From Candidatus Uhrbacteria bacterium RIFOXYC2_FULL_47_19 (GTDB taxonomy: Bacteria; Patescibacteriota; Patescibacteriia; SG8-24): a stretch of DNA of 64,000 bases. Position numbers and translations under genes: made by a program. Below the pieces are notes generated by a model. The model was not told where the DNA came from and did no database searches. It worked only from the letters and a program-made list of their open reading frames with translations. Below are positions 8,437 through 19,039 of this stretch, one piece after another. The DNA lies in assembly GCA_001791745.1 (NCBI GenBank), contig MGFG01000032.1, positions 3,775 to 67,774 on the forward strand. Direction: 5' to 3'. Each line of letters begins with the position of its first letter. Positions within the stretch are counted from its first letter, which is position 1.

Positions 8437-11088
8437 CTAATGGACATTAGTCTTTTTTGAAATTTTGATCGTTAATTCGCTGTTTTTTGCGTCAACCTTA
8501 GCTTGATCGCCGGATTCCAATCGTCCATCGATGATCATCATAGCTAGAGGGTCGAGGATTTCATGTTGAATTACACGTTTGAGTGGTCTGGCTCCGAAGG
8601 ATGGGTCGTATCCTTTTTTAGCGATAAGTTCTCGGGCTATATTGGAGACACTTAATCCAATATGTTGTTCTGCCAATCGAATAGCCACTCGATCGAGTTG
8701 AATCTGTGCTATTTGAGTTATCTCAGTTTCGTTCAGTGATCCAAAGACGATTACTTCGTCCAAACGGTTCAAGAATTCCGGTTTCATTTGATCCTTTAGG
8801 AGTTCTAGTATTTTACTGCGAACCGAGTCTTCTTCATGTACATCGGAATCGGAGAAGCCAAGGTGTCCACGGTGATCAGCTTCGAGTATGGTATCCGAGC
8901 CAATGTTGGAGGTCATGATAATGACTGTATTTTTGAAGTTGACCTTACGTCCTTTAGAGTCAGTTACTCGACCCTCATCCAATATTTGTAGAAAAGTATT
9001 CCAGACATCTGGATGAGCTTTTTCGATCTCGTCCAGTAGAACAACTGAGTATGGACGACGGCGGACTTGTTCGGTTAGTTGGCCACCTTCATCGTGGCCG
9101 ATATAGCCAGGAGGGGATCCAAGCATTCGGGAGACGGTATGTCTTTCGCCATATTCAGACATATCGAGCCTAATCATCGCATTTTCATCATTGAACATGA
9201 ATTCAGCCAGGGCTCGGGCTAATTCGGTTTTTCCCACACCAGTTGGTCCGAGGAAGAGGAAAGATCCAATAGGCCGATTTTCTTCGGCTACACCGGCCCT
9301 AGATCGACGGATGGCACCTGCGACCGCGTGTACAGCCTCCTTTTGTCCAACAACACGCTTTTCTAATTCTTCCTCCATGTTAGCCATTTTTGTCGCCTCC
9401 TCGCGGAGCATTTTAGAGACTGGTATGCCTGTCCAACGAGAGACAACCTTAGCTACGTCCTCCTCATTTACCTCTTCCTTTAGAAAGCGATGTCCGTGTT
9501 GTAGTTCAGCTAATCTTTGAGTAGCTCGATCTAAGTTTTTTTGAGCCTCTGGTATTTCGCGATGTAGTATCTCACCAGCTCGAATCATGCTACGATCATC
9601 GCCACTTCTTTGAGCAATTTCCGCTTCTTGTCTGAGCTCATCTGTGCGTCTGCGACTGGAGCGTATCTCAGCAATAGCCTCTCGTTCATTTTTCCATGAC
9701 AATTCGAGTGAGGAATAGCGTTCATTGAGTTCAGCTAGATCTTTTTCTATCTCTGATAACCGTTCCTTGGAATCATTATCTTCTTCTTTTTCCAGGGCTA
9801 ATTTTTCTAGCTTTAGACGCATTAAACTACGCTTAAGCGCGTCGATTTCCTGTGGCTCGGAGTCAATCTCCATACGTAAAGCCGAAGCAGCTTCATCAAT
9901 TACGTCGACTGCCTTGTCTGGCAAAAAACGGTCTTGGATGTAGCGTGTGGAAAGTTCTACTGTTGTAACTACTGCTGGATCGGTAATGCGAACACCATGA
10001 TGTAGCTCGTAGCGTTCTTTGATACCACGAAGAATGGCGACTGCATCTTCGAAAGACGGTTCAGCTACTGAGACTGGTTGAAAACGGCGTTCGAGTGCTG
10101 CATCCTTTTCGATATATTTTTGATATTCCTTTGGTGTTGTAGCACCGATTGCTCGTAACTCGCCTCGAGCCAAGGCTGGCTTTAACATGTTGGAGGCATC
10201 AAGCGGTGAACCATCACTTGATCCGGCACCGACTAGAGTATGTAATTCGTCAATAAAGAGAATAATTCGTCCAGCTGAATTCTCGATTTCTTTAAGAAGA
10301 GCCTTGAGACGATCCTCAAATTCACCACGAAACTTTGATCCAGCCACTAATGAACCAAGATCCAAAGCTGCAATTTCTTTGTCTTTTAAAAGTTCTGGCA
10401 CATCACCTTGGACAATACGCTGGGCCAAACCTTCAACGATTGCTGTTTTACCAGTACCGGCTTCACCAATTAATACTGGATTATTTTTAGTTCGTCGCGA
10501 TAAGACTTGCATTACTCGACGTATTTCCTCATCACGTCCAATAACTGGATCAAGCTTCTCTTGGCGAGCAAGTTCAGTTAAATTGCGGGAGTATTTTTTT
10601 AGAGCTTGATACTTTTGTTCCGGTTCTGGAGAGTCTACTTTTTGAGAACCTCTAATTTCGACTAAGACCTTCATTACCCCATCATGAACTATTCCAGCTT
10701 CATCGAGCAGAGTCTTAGCTGGAGAGGGGATCTCGAGCAGTGCCAGTAGTAGGTGTTCGGTTGAAATATATTCATCACCGAAACTCTTAGCTTCTTTTTC
10801 AGCCTGACGAAGGACACGAACCGTAGTTGGGTTTAATGCTAGTGGGGCAGTATCGGACGAGGGTTCTTGTTTAGGTAGTCGAGAAATGAGATTTTGTGTT
10901 CGACGGTCCAGATCCGATCGATCGGCCTCTAATTTATCACAAACTGATCCAATAACCCCTTCAGACTGTTCCAATAGTGCAGCTAGGAGATGTAGTGGGT
11001 TTAGCTCCAAGTTGCCGTTCTCAAAAGCTTGAATTTGGGCCGACTCTATGGCCTCGCGAGATTTGGTGGTGAAGTTTTTTGGAAGCAT
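8437..11088 (-). CDS. clpB: ATP-dependent chaperone ClpB
   Basis: Clp N repeats, [13 protein letters not shown], two Walker A motifs ([16 protein letters not shown]), long coiled-coil M domain, GARPLKR. Confidence 0.97.
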   Translation of the reverse strand: MLPKNFTTKSREAIESAQIQAFENGNLELNPLHLLAALLEQSEGVIGSVCDKLEADRSDLDRRTQNLISRLPKQEPSSDTAPLALNPTTVRVLRQAEKEAKSFGDEYISTEHLLLALLEIPSPAKTLLDEAGIVHDGVMKVLVEIRGSQKVDSPEPEQKYQALKKYSRNLTELARQEKLDPVIGRDEEIRRVMQVLSRRTKNNPVLIGEAGTGKTAIVEGLAQRIVQGDVPELLKDKEIAALDLGSLVAGSKFRGEFEDRLKALLKEIENSAGRIILFIDELHTLVGAGSSDGSPLDASNMLKPALARGELRAIGATTPKEYQKYIEKDAALERRFQPVSVAEPSFEDAVAILRGIKERYELHHGVRITDPAVVTTVELSTRYIQDRFLPDKAVDVIDEAASALRMEIDSEPQEIDALKRSLMRLKLEKLALEKEEDNDSKERLSEIEKDLAELNERYSSLELSWKNEREAIAEIRSSRRRTDELRQEAEIAQRSGDDRSMIRAGEILHREIPEAQKNLDRATQRLAELQHGHRFLKEEVNEEDVAKVVSRWTGIPVSKMLREEATKMANMEEELEKRVVGQKEAVHAVAGAIRRSRAGVAEENRPIGSFLFLGPTGVGKTELARALAEFMFNDENAMIRLDMSEYGERHTVSRMLGSPPGYIGHDEGGQLTEQVRRRPYSVVLLDEIEKAHPDVWNTFLQILDEGRVTDSKGRKVNFKNTVIIMTSNIGSDTILEADHRGHLGFSDSDVHEEDSVRSKILELLKDQMKPEFLNRLDEVIVFGSLNETEITQIAQIQLDRVAIRLAEQHIGLSVSNIARELIAKKGYDPSFGARPLKRVIQHEILDPLAMMIIDGRLESGDQAKVDAKNSELTIKISKKTNVH

Positions 11089-11126
11089 AGGCTTTTAGCC
11101 GGATTTTTAAGCAAGATTGGTTCTTT

Positions 11127-11153
11127 TTAGCACTCTCATATGGTGACTGCTAA
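11127..11153. promoter_or_regulatory. CIRCE element (HrcA operator) upstream of clpB
   Basis: TTAGCACTC-N9-GACTGCTAA, one mismatch to TTAGCACTC-N9-GAGTGCTAA. Confidence 0.9.
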
Positions 11154-11236
11154 TAATATTGTTATATCTAACCAGAACTGTGTCAAGTTAAGAACTTCGC
11201 CTTTTCTTTTTTAGGCATGCTATTCTTCATGCTGTT

Positions 11237-12013
11237 ATGAGAATTCGATTATTGGGGGTTCCAATTGATACCCTGACCAATCAGGAGGTTGAGCACAAAA
11301 TAGCTGATTTTTTAGTTAAAAAAGTGGGTAGGGCAGTTTTTACTCCAAATCCGGAGATGCTTGTTAGAGCTAGGAAGAATCAGTCGTTTTGCGACACTTT
11401 GCAAAAAGGCGATCTAAATATACCCGATGGAGTAGGACTACTTTGGGCTGCCAGCCTTTTCGGACTAAAGATCCCTGAACGAGTAACCGGCACTGATCTA
11501 ATGGACGTGGTTTGTCGTTTAGCAGCAGAACGTGGTCGAACTGTTTATTTTTTGGGTGGTGAAGATGGAGTAGCCAGTCGAGCTGCACGACGAATGCAAG
11601 ATCGTCATCCGACCCTGAAGGTTGTCGGAGCTTTAGGAGGTGGTCGTGTTTCAATTAATGCGGACGGCGAACCGTTATTAAGTCCAGAAGTAGAAAAATC
11701 TATTTTGATTACTGCGCCGGATGTTCTCCTTGTCGCTTTTGGACACGAGATTCAGGAGAGGTGGATCGCCTCGCATCTACAGAAATTTTTCTCGGTTAGG
11801 GTAGCCATGGGAATTGGTGGCGCTTTCGATTTTTGGGCTGGAGACGTGTCTCGGGCACCTCGTTGGGTTCAAAAAATATGGTTAGAGTGGTGTTGGCGCC
11901 TTATCTTGCAGCCACGACGTATTGGTCGCATACTAACAGCCGTGATACTCTTTCCAGCCTTGGTCTTAGGGGTGCGGCTTGGTATCATTAAGGCAGAAAG
12001 TAACAAACTATGA
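11237..12013 (+). CDS. WecB/TagA/CpsF family glycosyltransferase
   Basis: TPNPE, PDGVG, RVTGTDL, QERWI, GIGGAFDF, RAP...LEWxWRL. Confidence 0.93.
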   Translation: MRIRLLGVPIDTLTNQEVEHKIADFLVKKVGRAVFTPNPEMLVRARKNQSFCDTLQKGDLNIPDGVGLLWAASLFGLKIPERVTGTDLMDVVCRLAAERGRTVYFLGGEDGVASRAARRMQDRHPTLKVVGALGGGRVSINADGEPLLSPEVEKSILITAPDVLLVAFGHEIQERWIASHLQKFFSVRVAMGIGGAFDFWAGDVSRAPRWVQKIWLEWCWRLILQPRRIGRILTAVILFPALVLGVRLGIIKAESNKL

Positions 12014-13476
12014 CTAGAATCAGATTTGCGCCTTCGCCAACTGGATTTTTACATGTTGGCGGATTACGTACTGCACTCTATTGCGAACTTTTCGCCCGGA
12101 AGAATAATGGGCGACTTATTTTGCGTATTGAGGACACTGATCGTACTAGGTTAGTGGATGGTGGTGTTGAGAATATCATTAGAACATTGGAGTGGGCTGG
12201 GATTAAGCCGGATGAAGGTCCTTATGTAGACGATAAGGGTCAATTGAAGCAACGGGGTGATTATGGACCCTACATACAATCCGAAAGATTAGACATCTAC
12301 AAAAAGTATATTGATCAACTTTTAGAGAATGGCAAGGCTTATCGTTGTTATTGTACACCAGAAAGACTAGAGGAGATGCGAGATCATCAGAAGTCTGAAG
12401 GGACTCAGACTATGTATGATCGTCGTTGTCGCAACTTGGATTATGAGATTTGTAAAAAATTGGAAGATGAAGGTCGACCATTTGTTGTTAGATTAGCAAT
12501 GCCAACAGAAGGTGTAACAGTTTGGGATGACCTAATACGTGGTCATATTGAGATTTCGAATGATCAAATTGATGATCAGGTATTACTAAAATCAGATGGA
12601 TTTCCGACCTATCATCTAGCTGTTGTGGTCGACGACCATCTTATGGGAATAACACATGTTATTCGGGGTGAGGAATGGTGTCCTTCAACACCTAAGCATG
12701 TTGTGCTCTATGAAGCTTTTGGTTGGGAACAGCCAAAGTTTGCACATCTTCCATTACTTTTGAATCGGGATCGTTCTAAGCTCTCAAAGCGTCAAGGTGA
12801 TGTAGCCGTTGAGGATTATCGTGATAAGGGCTATCTATCTGAAGCCTTGGTTAATTTTGTAGCTTTGTTGGGTTGGAACCCGAATGGTGACCGGGAAATT
12901 TATGATCGTCAGGAACTAGTTGACTCTTTTGATCTATCTAAAATTAATCGTGGTGGAGCTGTCTTTGATTTAGAGAAACTTAATTGGATGAATGGTGAGT
13001 ACATAAAAAAACTATCAGATGAAGAATTGGTTGATTTAGTAAAACCATTCTTTGAGAAGGTAGGTTTGGGAACAGATCAAGAGATAATTGCTAAAGCCGC
13101 GTTACTTGAGCGTAGTCGAGCTAAGACACTATCAGAGATACCGGCTGCATTACTTTTCATATTTGTCGATCCTGAAGTGGATCCAGATTTACTTCCATGG
13201 AAGAAATCAACGCCAGAGATTGCCAAGGATCGTTTGGTGGGGCTAAGAGAATATATTTTGGGGTTGGATTCAAAAATTTTTGATAGCCAGGAGTTGATTG
13301 AAATGGAATTATTGGGCTTTATTACTAAGATGGGTTGGACCAATGCTGAGACACTTTGGCCGATGCGTGTGGCATTAACTGGATTGTCTGTATCGCCAGG
13401 TCCGTTCGAAGTAGCCTGGGTTTTAGGCCAAAAGGTAACTATTCAGCGTCTTGAGTCGGCAATAGTCAAACTTTAG
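12010..13476 (+). CDS. gltX: Glutamate--tRNA ligase
   Basis: RFAPSPTGFLHVGG (HIGH-type), RIEDTD, KLSKR. Confidence 0.98.
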   Translation: MTRIRFAPSPTGFLHVGGLRTALYCELFARKNNGRLILRIEDTDRTRLVDGGVENIIRTLEWAGIKPDEGPYVDDKGQLKQRGDYGPYIQSERLDIYKKYIDQLLENGKAYRCYCTPERLEEMRDHQKSEGTQTMYDRRCRNLDYEICKKLEDEGRPFVVRLAMPTEGVTVWDDLIRGHIEISNDQIDDQVLLKSDGFPTYHLAVVVDDHLMGITHVIRGEEWCPSTPKHVVLYEAFGWEQPKFAHLPLLLNRDRSKLSKRQGDVAVEDYRDKGYLSEALVNFVALLGWNPNGDREIYDRQELVDSFDLSKINRGGAVFDLEKLNWMNGEYIKKLSDEELVDLVKPFFEKVGLGTDQEIIAKAALLERSRAKTLSEIPAALLFIFVDPEVDPDLLPWKKSTPEIAKDRLVGLREYILGLDSKIFDSQELIEMELLGFITKMGWTNAETLWPMRVALTGLSVSPGPFEVAWVLGQKVTIQRLESAIVKL

Positions 13477-13480
13477 TTAG

Positions 13481-14740
13481 ATGACAAAAAGTTGGTTTAT
13501 AAAATTAAGGACATCAAGATTGAATGCGTTGTTGTTTGTTTTTATTGTTTTTGTTTTATTCATTGGTTTTTTGATTCCTATTAATTCAGCTTTTGCTGAA
13601 AGTTCAGACGTTAAGAGTGAAATAGAGGAAATGAATTCCGAAGTACAGAAAAAAAAGACACAAGTTAAGGAACTCAATGATCGGATAGAGCACTATCGAC
13701 AGCTAATTTCTCAGAAGAAGATTGAGGGTGCATCAATAGAGGATCAGATTAATTTGATAGAGAGCCAGGTAGCCAAAACTAAGGTTAGTATTGAGGTCTC
13801 TGAGCAGGAAATTAAAGTCATTGAACTTCAGGTTAGTGGTCTAGATGTCAGAATTGGTGAAGCAGAGGCTCGAATAGAGCACGAACGATTATTGTTAACC
13901 TCTTTAATTCGTGACCTTCATCGTCGCCAATCAAATTCAAGCGTTCTAGGAATTCTACTTTCGCATGATACTTTTTCAGATTTCTTTGATGAGCTTTATG
14001 CCGTAGTTTCTCTACAACGCAATCTAGACCTATCTCTTAAAAATATTTCTGAGTTGAAATTAAGTTTAGAGAGCGAGCGTCAAGATAGAGAGAATAAGCG
14101 TATTGAAACTGTATCTCGTCGATTAACCTTGGAGTCAACCAGAAGAAAGATGGAAGACGAGTTAATGCTCAAAGATACTTTGCTCTCTGAGACCATGTCG
14201 TCTGAGCTTGAATATCGCTACATGCTAGCTGAATTGAAGCGTGAACAGAATGAGGCAGACTCAGAAATAACTTCTTTAGAGAGAACCCTACGAGAAAAGA
14301 TGGATCTTTCTGAGCGTTTAGGTGCGTCTTCTACTGTGTTGGCTTGGCCAGTCAATCCGGAACGTGGTCTATCGACTATTTTTCATGATCCAGATTATCC
14401 ATTTCGCAATATTTTCGAACATCCCGGTATAGACATTCGAGCTTATCAAGGAACTCCGATACGAGCTGTTGCATCTGGAGTTGTAGGTCGGGCCAAAAAT
14501 GCTGGCATGGGTTATAGCTATGTATTGTTAGTGCACGGTAATAATCTTTCCTCGGTTTATGGACATCTGAGCCGCATTACTGTAAAGGAAGATACTTTTG
14601 TCGAAAGAGGGGAACTAATTGGTTATTCTGGAGGAATGCCAGGGACACCTGGTGCCGGACAACTGACCACTGGTCCTCATCTTCATTTTGAAGTTCGTCT
14701 TAATGGTATTCCGGTTAATCCGATGCAATATTTGCCATAA
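13481..14740 (+). CDS. Coiled-coil M23 peptidase (EnvC-like murein hydrolase/activator)
   Basis: N-terminal TM/signal, long coiled coil, HPGID, YGHLS, TGPHLHFEVR. Confidence 0.9.
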   Translation: MTKSWFIKLRTSRLNALLFVFIVFVLFIGFLIPINSAFAESSDVKSEIEEMNSEVQKKKTQVKELNDRIEHYRQLISQKKIEGASIEDQINLIESQVAKTKVSIEVSEQEIKVIELQVSGLDVRIGEAEARIEHERLLLTSLIRDLHRRQSNSSVLGILLSHDTFSDFFDELYAVVSLQRNLDLSLKNISELKLSLESERQDRENKRIETVSRRLTLESTRRKMEDELMLKDTLLSETMSSELEYRYMLAELKREQNEADSEITSLERTLREKMDLSERLGASSTVLAWPVNPERGLSTIFHDPDYPFRNIFEHPGIDIRAYQGTPIRAVASGVVGRAKNAGMGYSYVLLVHGNNLSSVYGHLSRITVKEDTFVERGELIGYSGGMPGTPGAGQLTTGPHLHFEVRLNGIPVNPMQYLP

Positions 14741-15300
14741 AAAGAAATGGTGTCGTAAAATAGAAAAAGGGGGATTTAGGAGATTAGATAGGAGATTAGA
14801 GAAGGTGGAAAAAGTAGGTCAAGCAAGAAGAATTATTGTTATGGATCTCGGTCCATGATTTTTATTTTTGGTAGAGGATGATGATTAAGATAGGAATTTT
14901 TGCCCAAGAATCGAATCTGGGATTTAGTCAGATTATTATCAGCGATCTTCAAGGTCGTATTAGGGGCCTAAAATAGGGTCAAAATTTCAACTTTGAGCCA
15001 TTTTATGAGGCGTTTAAACGCGCTGTGTTATTTTGGAAGGTACTAGGGGGTTATGATTTTTAAAAAGGAGAATGGTGTTTTTGAAGAAGTTATTGTTAGG
15101 GCCTAAAAAACATTTCTGGTGTCGTTTAAGGTATATTGTGCGTCACAAGATATAAGTGATTAACCTCACTAAAAGTTAAAGAGTGATTTGTCTTCTATTC
15201 CCTACTTTTATTTCCAACTTTACTTTGTACTTTGTTAATTATTAAAAAAGGTCCGGAAGCTCGGACCTTAGTTTCGTCACTTAATTCTTCTTTACTTTGT

Positions 15301-15507
15301 TCAATTAGCGACCGAGACTGACGTGAATCCATCAACGTGCCTAATCTGAGTGATTGTTTCATCGTCGATCGGACCTTCTAGCAAGAAGATGCTAGGATGG
15401 TCCTCTCTTAAGTAGAAAACATCTCTTCGATCACCTAGCAGCTCTTCTAATTGTTTTGCTACGTGTTTCTTGGTTGTACCTTGACTGGCTATTATTTTGA
15501 TAACCAT
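15301..15507 (-). CDS. Small hypothetical protein (likely start MVIKII, 68 aa)
   Basis: GGAGAGG SD-like sequence before ATG at 15507; followed by a terminator-like hairpin at about 15245-15269. Confidence 0.55.
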   Translation of the reverse strand: MVIKIIASQGTTKKHVAKQLEELLGDRRDVFYLREDHPSIFLLEGPIDDETITQIRHVDGFTSVSVAN

Positions 15508-15595
15508 ACCCTCTCCATCTCCATTCTTGTTTGGGGCCAACATTAACAAAGATATGTTATTGAGGCAAGGATTAGTTGTTTTTGGATTTAGTAAA

Positions 15596-15626
15596 TAAAA
15601 ACCCGACTAATGAAGTCGGGTTTTTA
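15596..15626 (-). terminator. Intrinsic terminator downstream of the DsbA-family gene
   Basis: TAAAAACCCGACT-aatga-AGTCGGGTTTTTA inverted repeat. Confidence 0.8.
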
Positions 15627-15639
15627 TGCCTAGGGGTTA

Positions 15640-16383
15640 TTAGAGGACCGCTTCAAGCATAGCTTTCAATTGGTCGTAAGGAATAGCTCCAGGTACAAGA
15701 GTTGGTTGTCCATCAGAGCCAACAATGATAGTACCAGGGGTTCCTTGAACCCCTGCTGTCATTCCACCTGATAGGTCAGCACTGATTTTACTGTCGTACT
15801 TCGAGGAAGTAATACAATCGTCAAATTTACTTAGATTGAGTTTCAAGTTTTTCGCTAGAGTCTCATATCTGTCTGAACCTAAGATGGTTTGATCTTCAAA
15901 GAGGCCATCAGCAAACTCCCAAAATTTACCTTGCTCAGCTGCACACTCAGCAGCATTGGCTGCAGTTCGGGCATTAGGATGAAAGGATAATGGGAAATGA
16001 CGGAAGACTACTTGGATTCGTCCCTCATATTCGTCCATCAACTGTTTAAAAGATGTGTGAAATCGTCCACAATATGGACACTCGAAGTCGGAGTAAAGAT
16101 AGACTGTGGCTTCAGCATCGTCTGGGCCGACGATATGATCAGTGTCGTCGATGGGTTTGATTTCTCCAACCTCGTCGGATAAACCATCATCGACCGGTGA
16201 AGGGTAGGTGTCATCGTAAGCCAGATTTTGATCTGAATTAGATAGATCCGAGCTAGCTTGGTTATTAAACACGTAACTTAGCAAGATAAAAAAACCAATA
16301 GTACACAGTACTAGCACTCCGCCTATTAAACCAAGGGCGAAACTGGTTTTTGGTGAGATGACTACATTACCGTCATGACTCAT
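15640..16383 (-). CDS. Membrane-anchored DsbA-family thioredoxin-fold oxidoreductase
   Basis: N-terminal TM, SDFECPYC, RHFPL, GVQGTP cis-Pro motif. Confidence 0.92.
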   Translation of the reverse strand: MSHDGNVVISPKTSFALGLIGGVLVLCTIGFFILLSYVFNNQASSDLSNSDQNLAYDDTYPSPVDDGLSDEVGEIKPIDDTDHIVGPDDAEATVYLYSDFECPYCGRFHTSFKQLMDEYEGRIQVVFRHFPLSFHPNARTAANAAECAAEQGKFWEFADGLFEDQTILGSDRYETLAKNLKLNLSKFDDCITSSKYDSKISADLSGGMTAGVQGTPGTIIVGSDGQPTLVPGAIPYDQLKAMLEAVL

Positions 16384-16587
16384 ACAAATCTTTTGGGTAG
16401 ATGATAATTAGTTTGATTGGCTCGCCCACTGGATTTATCCAAACATGGACGGTGAGAATTTACTTTATCAGAAAAGATCCTCCAACAACAAGAAACTTAT
16501 TCACTCTGGTAGATTTGTAGATTAGTTTTTTAGCCAAAAACTAGAACCCATTAAATTTTTCTTTAGTTTAAGCCATTTTTTGCATAG

Positions 16588-17595
16588 CTAATTATCACCT
16601 CCAATAAAACGGAAAAATATTCTTTCATCATAGCGTAAATCGACATATTCTAGTTCACCTCGTCTTTCTCCTATCTTTTCCCTTAAAACCAATGATAATC
16701 TTGTGGCTTGTGTCTCAAAAGGAATGAGTGTGGTTAGGTAGACGTGCCAACCTTCCTTAAGCATTACATCGACAGTGTCAGCTGCTGGGTCAAGCACGAA
16801 CCACCTTACTCCTGTACCAGACACATCTGATAGTTGATTATAGGCTTGTAAAACAAGTTTTAACATTTCATTTGCAACTGCCGTTCCACTTGGTTCATAG
16901 TCACCCCCAACCTTATCCCAGTCTAGTATTAGTGGTATTGGATTGCTATTTTTTCGATCTTTATCAGGATCGGTGATTGTATTTGGATCTATGTCCCCCA
17001 CTCCGACCGATTCTGCTCCGAGTTCACCTGCTGCCACACCTTCGAATCCTTCCGGTAAATCGATTAGGGCAATTCTTTCTCTTTTTGTTAGCTCTCTAAT
17101 TACATAACCTTCCTCATCAATAGCCAAAAATTGACCTTTAGCCAAAAAAGCTCCAACTGACGTTTTTTCTTCTGCCTTAACTAAGATTGTACCAGGAAGT
17201 TTTTTTCTAATTTCTAAGGAATTAAGATAAAACTTTTGAGTAATATCTGATTCTGCTGTTTTAGTATCAAAGATAAAAATTGAAGCTTGTGGTAAAAAAA
17301 TCAAACGTCTTTTTTGTAGACGACTCTCCATTAATTCCCTAATTATGGTTGAAGTATCAGCTGATACACCTTCGATTGTTATGTTTGAAATACGAAAAGA
17401 CTGACTCCAAAATAAGTACCAACCTACAAATAGTAATAGAGCAAAACTTATCGTTATTAAAACGATAATCTTAAGAAGGCGTGGATCACGTGTCTTTCGT
17501 TTATTGTTTTGTCCACCAAAAAGCGGATTACCGTAATTGCGTCGACTGTAGTCGCGAGTGCTCCGTAACGATTTTTTGCTATGATAATCCTTCAT
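16588..17595 (-). CDS. FtsQ/DivIB-like POTRA-domain protein
   Basis: Basic N-terminus, single TM, F-x-I-x-x-I-x-I-x-G POTRA start, C-terminal EYVDLRY; follows the ddl remnant as in dcw clusters. Confidence 0.7.
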   Translation of the reverse strand: MKDYHSKKSLRSTRDYSRRNYGNPLFGGQNNKRKTRDPRLLKIIVLITISFALLLFVGWYLFWSQSFRISNITIEGVSADTSTIIRELMESRLQKRRLIFLPQASIFIFDTKTAESDITQKFYLNSLEIRKKLPGTILVKAEEKTSVGAFLAKGQFLAIDEEGYVIRELTKRERIALIDLPEGFEGVAAGELGAESVGVGDIDPNTITDPDKDRKNSNPIPLILDWDKVGGDYEPSGTAVANEMLKLVLQAYNQLSDVSGTGVRWFVLDPAADTVDVMLKEGWHVYLTTLIPFETQATRLSLVLREKIGERRGELEYVDLRYDERIFFRFIGGDN

Positions 17596-17607
17596 GAGAG
17601 CGGTTAA

Positions 17608-17886
17608 TCAATTAAGTTCTCTCTTAAGGTTGGATGTAGTATAAGAACGTTCTTCCGCTGTCCTGATTAGTCGATCAAGTAAGGTCTGATAATGAATACC
17701 ACTAGCTGCTAATAGTTTTGGAAACATGCTGAATTGAGTAAATCCAGGCATTGTATTGATTTCATTGAGGTAAAGTTCATCAGACTTTGGATTGAGTGTC
17801 TTGGCAATTGAAATAGCAGAACGTACAGATACTTCATGTTCACTGGATTTTCCTCCGTACAGCAGTAGCAGTGATTTCTTCGGCAT
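17608..17886 (-). pseudogene. ddl: D-alanine--D-alanine ligase with a large in-frame internal deletion (92 aa)
   Basis: N-terminal [14 protein letters not shown] joined directly to C-terminal [21 protein letters not shown]; central ATP-grasp region absent. Confidence 0.85.
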
Positions 17887-17895
17887 AGAAGTCGA

Positions 17896-19035
17896 TTAGC
17901 GTACAACAATGCGCGGCAGCATAGGGTTAATTCTAGTTACTGCTTCGTAGTTTACTGTACCTATACGTTCGGCGAATTCTTCTGCTGAAATTTCTTCTCT
18001 CCCTTGTCGACCAATGATCACTACTTCATCCTCCTCGTAGACACGATGTATGTCGGTCACGTCAACAATTGTCATATTCATACAAACTCTTCCTAGAACT
18101 TTGGCTCTAGATCCATTTATTAAAACATTACCAACCGATGATTGGCCACGATCAAAACCATCCCAATAACCGACAGGGATGATTGCGACAATCGAGTCAC
18201 GTCTAACTTTTTCTGTTAAGCCGTAGCTCACTGGGGTTCCGGATCGGATTTTTTTTACTTGAGCCACTATGGTTTTCCAAGTTAATGCCGGTTTGAGTTG
18301 GATATTGATTCCCCGGTCTACTGCTGCACCCTTCGTGATCTTGGATGACCAAAGGCCGTAAAGTGAGATTCCAGTTCTAATTAGATCAAATTGGGTTTCC
18401 GGATAAATTATAGCTGCTGCGCTGCAGGCAGTATGGAGGAAGGGAGGTTTTTTACCTAGTCTTTCAACAATTTTGACTGCTTCTTTAAAGCGTTTGAGTT
18501 GAAGGAAGGCATAGGCTGGGTCGGCTGTGTCTTCAATATTGGCAAAATGGGTCGATAAACCCTCAACTATTAAATTAGGGCGTCGATAAATGTAGCGCAA
18601 AAATGTTGGCAGTTCCTTAGTTTCTATTCCTTGTCGTGAGGTACCGGTTTCTAGTTTTATGTGCACCTTAGCTGGTCGACTTTTAGTAGCGTGTCGACTT
18701 AGTAGGTCGATTGTTGGACGACTGTAGACTACTTGACTGAACCCTTGCTTAACTACAGATTTCAATAATTGATACGGAACATAGCCCAGGATCAGAGTTG
18801 GTTTTTTTGACTTCGCCTCTCTAACTATTTCTGCTTCCTCTAAAGAATCCACACCAAACCAGTCTGCTTGTCGATTAACAGCTTTTACTGTCTGGCGGAT
18901 TCCGTGACCGTAGGCGTTTGACTTGACTACAGCCATGAACGCTGAATCTCCCGCCAGGCGTTTTAACTCATTAGCGTTTGAGACCAGAGCTGAGGATGAA
19001 ACATCCACCCAGCTTTTTGCTGTTCCATTTTTCAT
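17896..19035 (-). CDS. alr: Alanine racemase
   Basis: AVVKSNAYGHG (PLP Lys), HIKLETG, VSYG, GRVCMN. Confidence 0.96.
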   Translation of the reverse strand: MKNGTAKSWVDVSSSALVSNANELKRLAGDSAFMAVVKSNAYGHGIRQTVKAVNRQADWFGVDSLEEAEIVREAKSKKPTLILGYVPYQLLKSVVKQGFSQVVYSRPTIDLLSRHATKSRPAKVHIKLETGTSRQGIETKELPTFLRYIYRRPNLIVEGLSTHFANIEDTADPAYAFLQLKRFKEAVKIVERLGKKPPFLHTACSAAAIIYPETQFDLIRTGISLYGLWSSKITKGAAVDRGINIQLKPALTWKTIVAQVKKIRSGTPVSYGLTEKVRRDSIVAIIPVGYWDGFDRGQSSVGNVLINGSRAKVLGRVCMNMTIVDVTDIHRVYEEDEVVIIGRQGREEISAEEFAERIGTVNYEAVTRINPMLPRIVVR

Positions 19036-19039
19036 GGGT

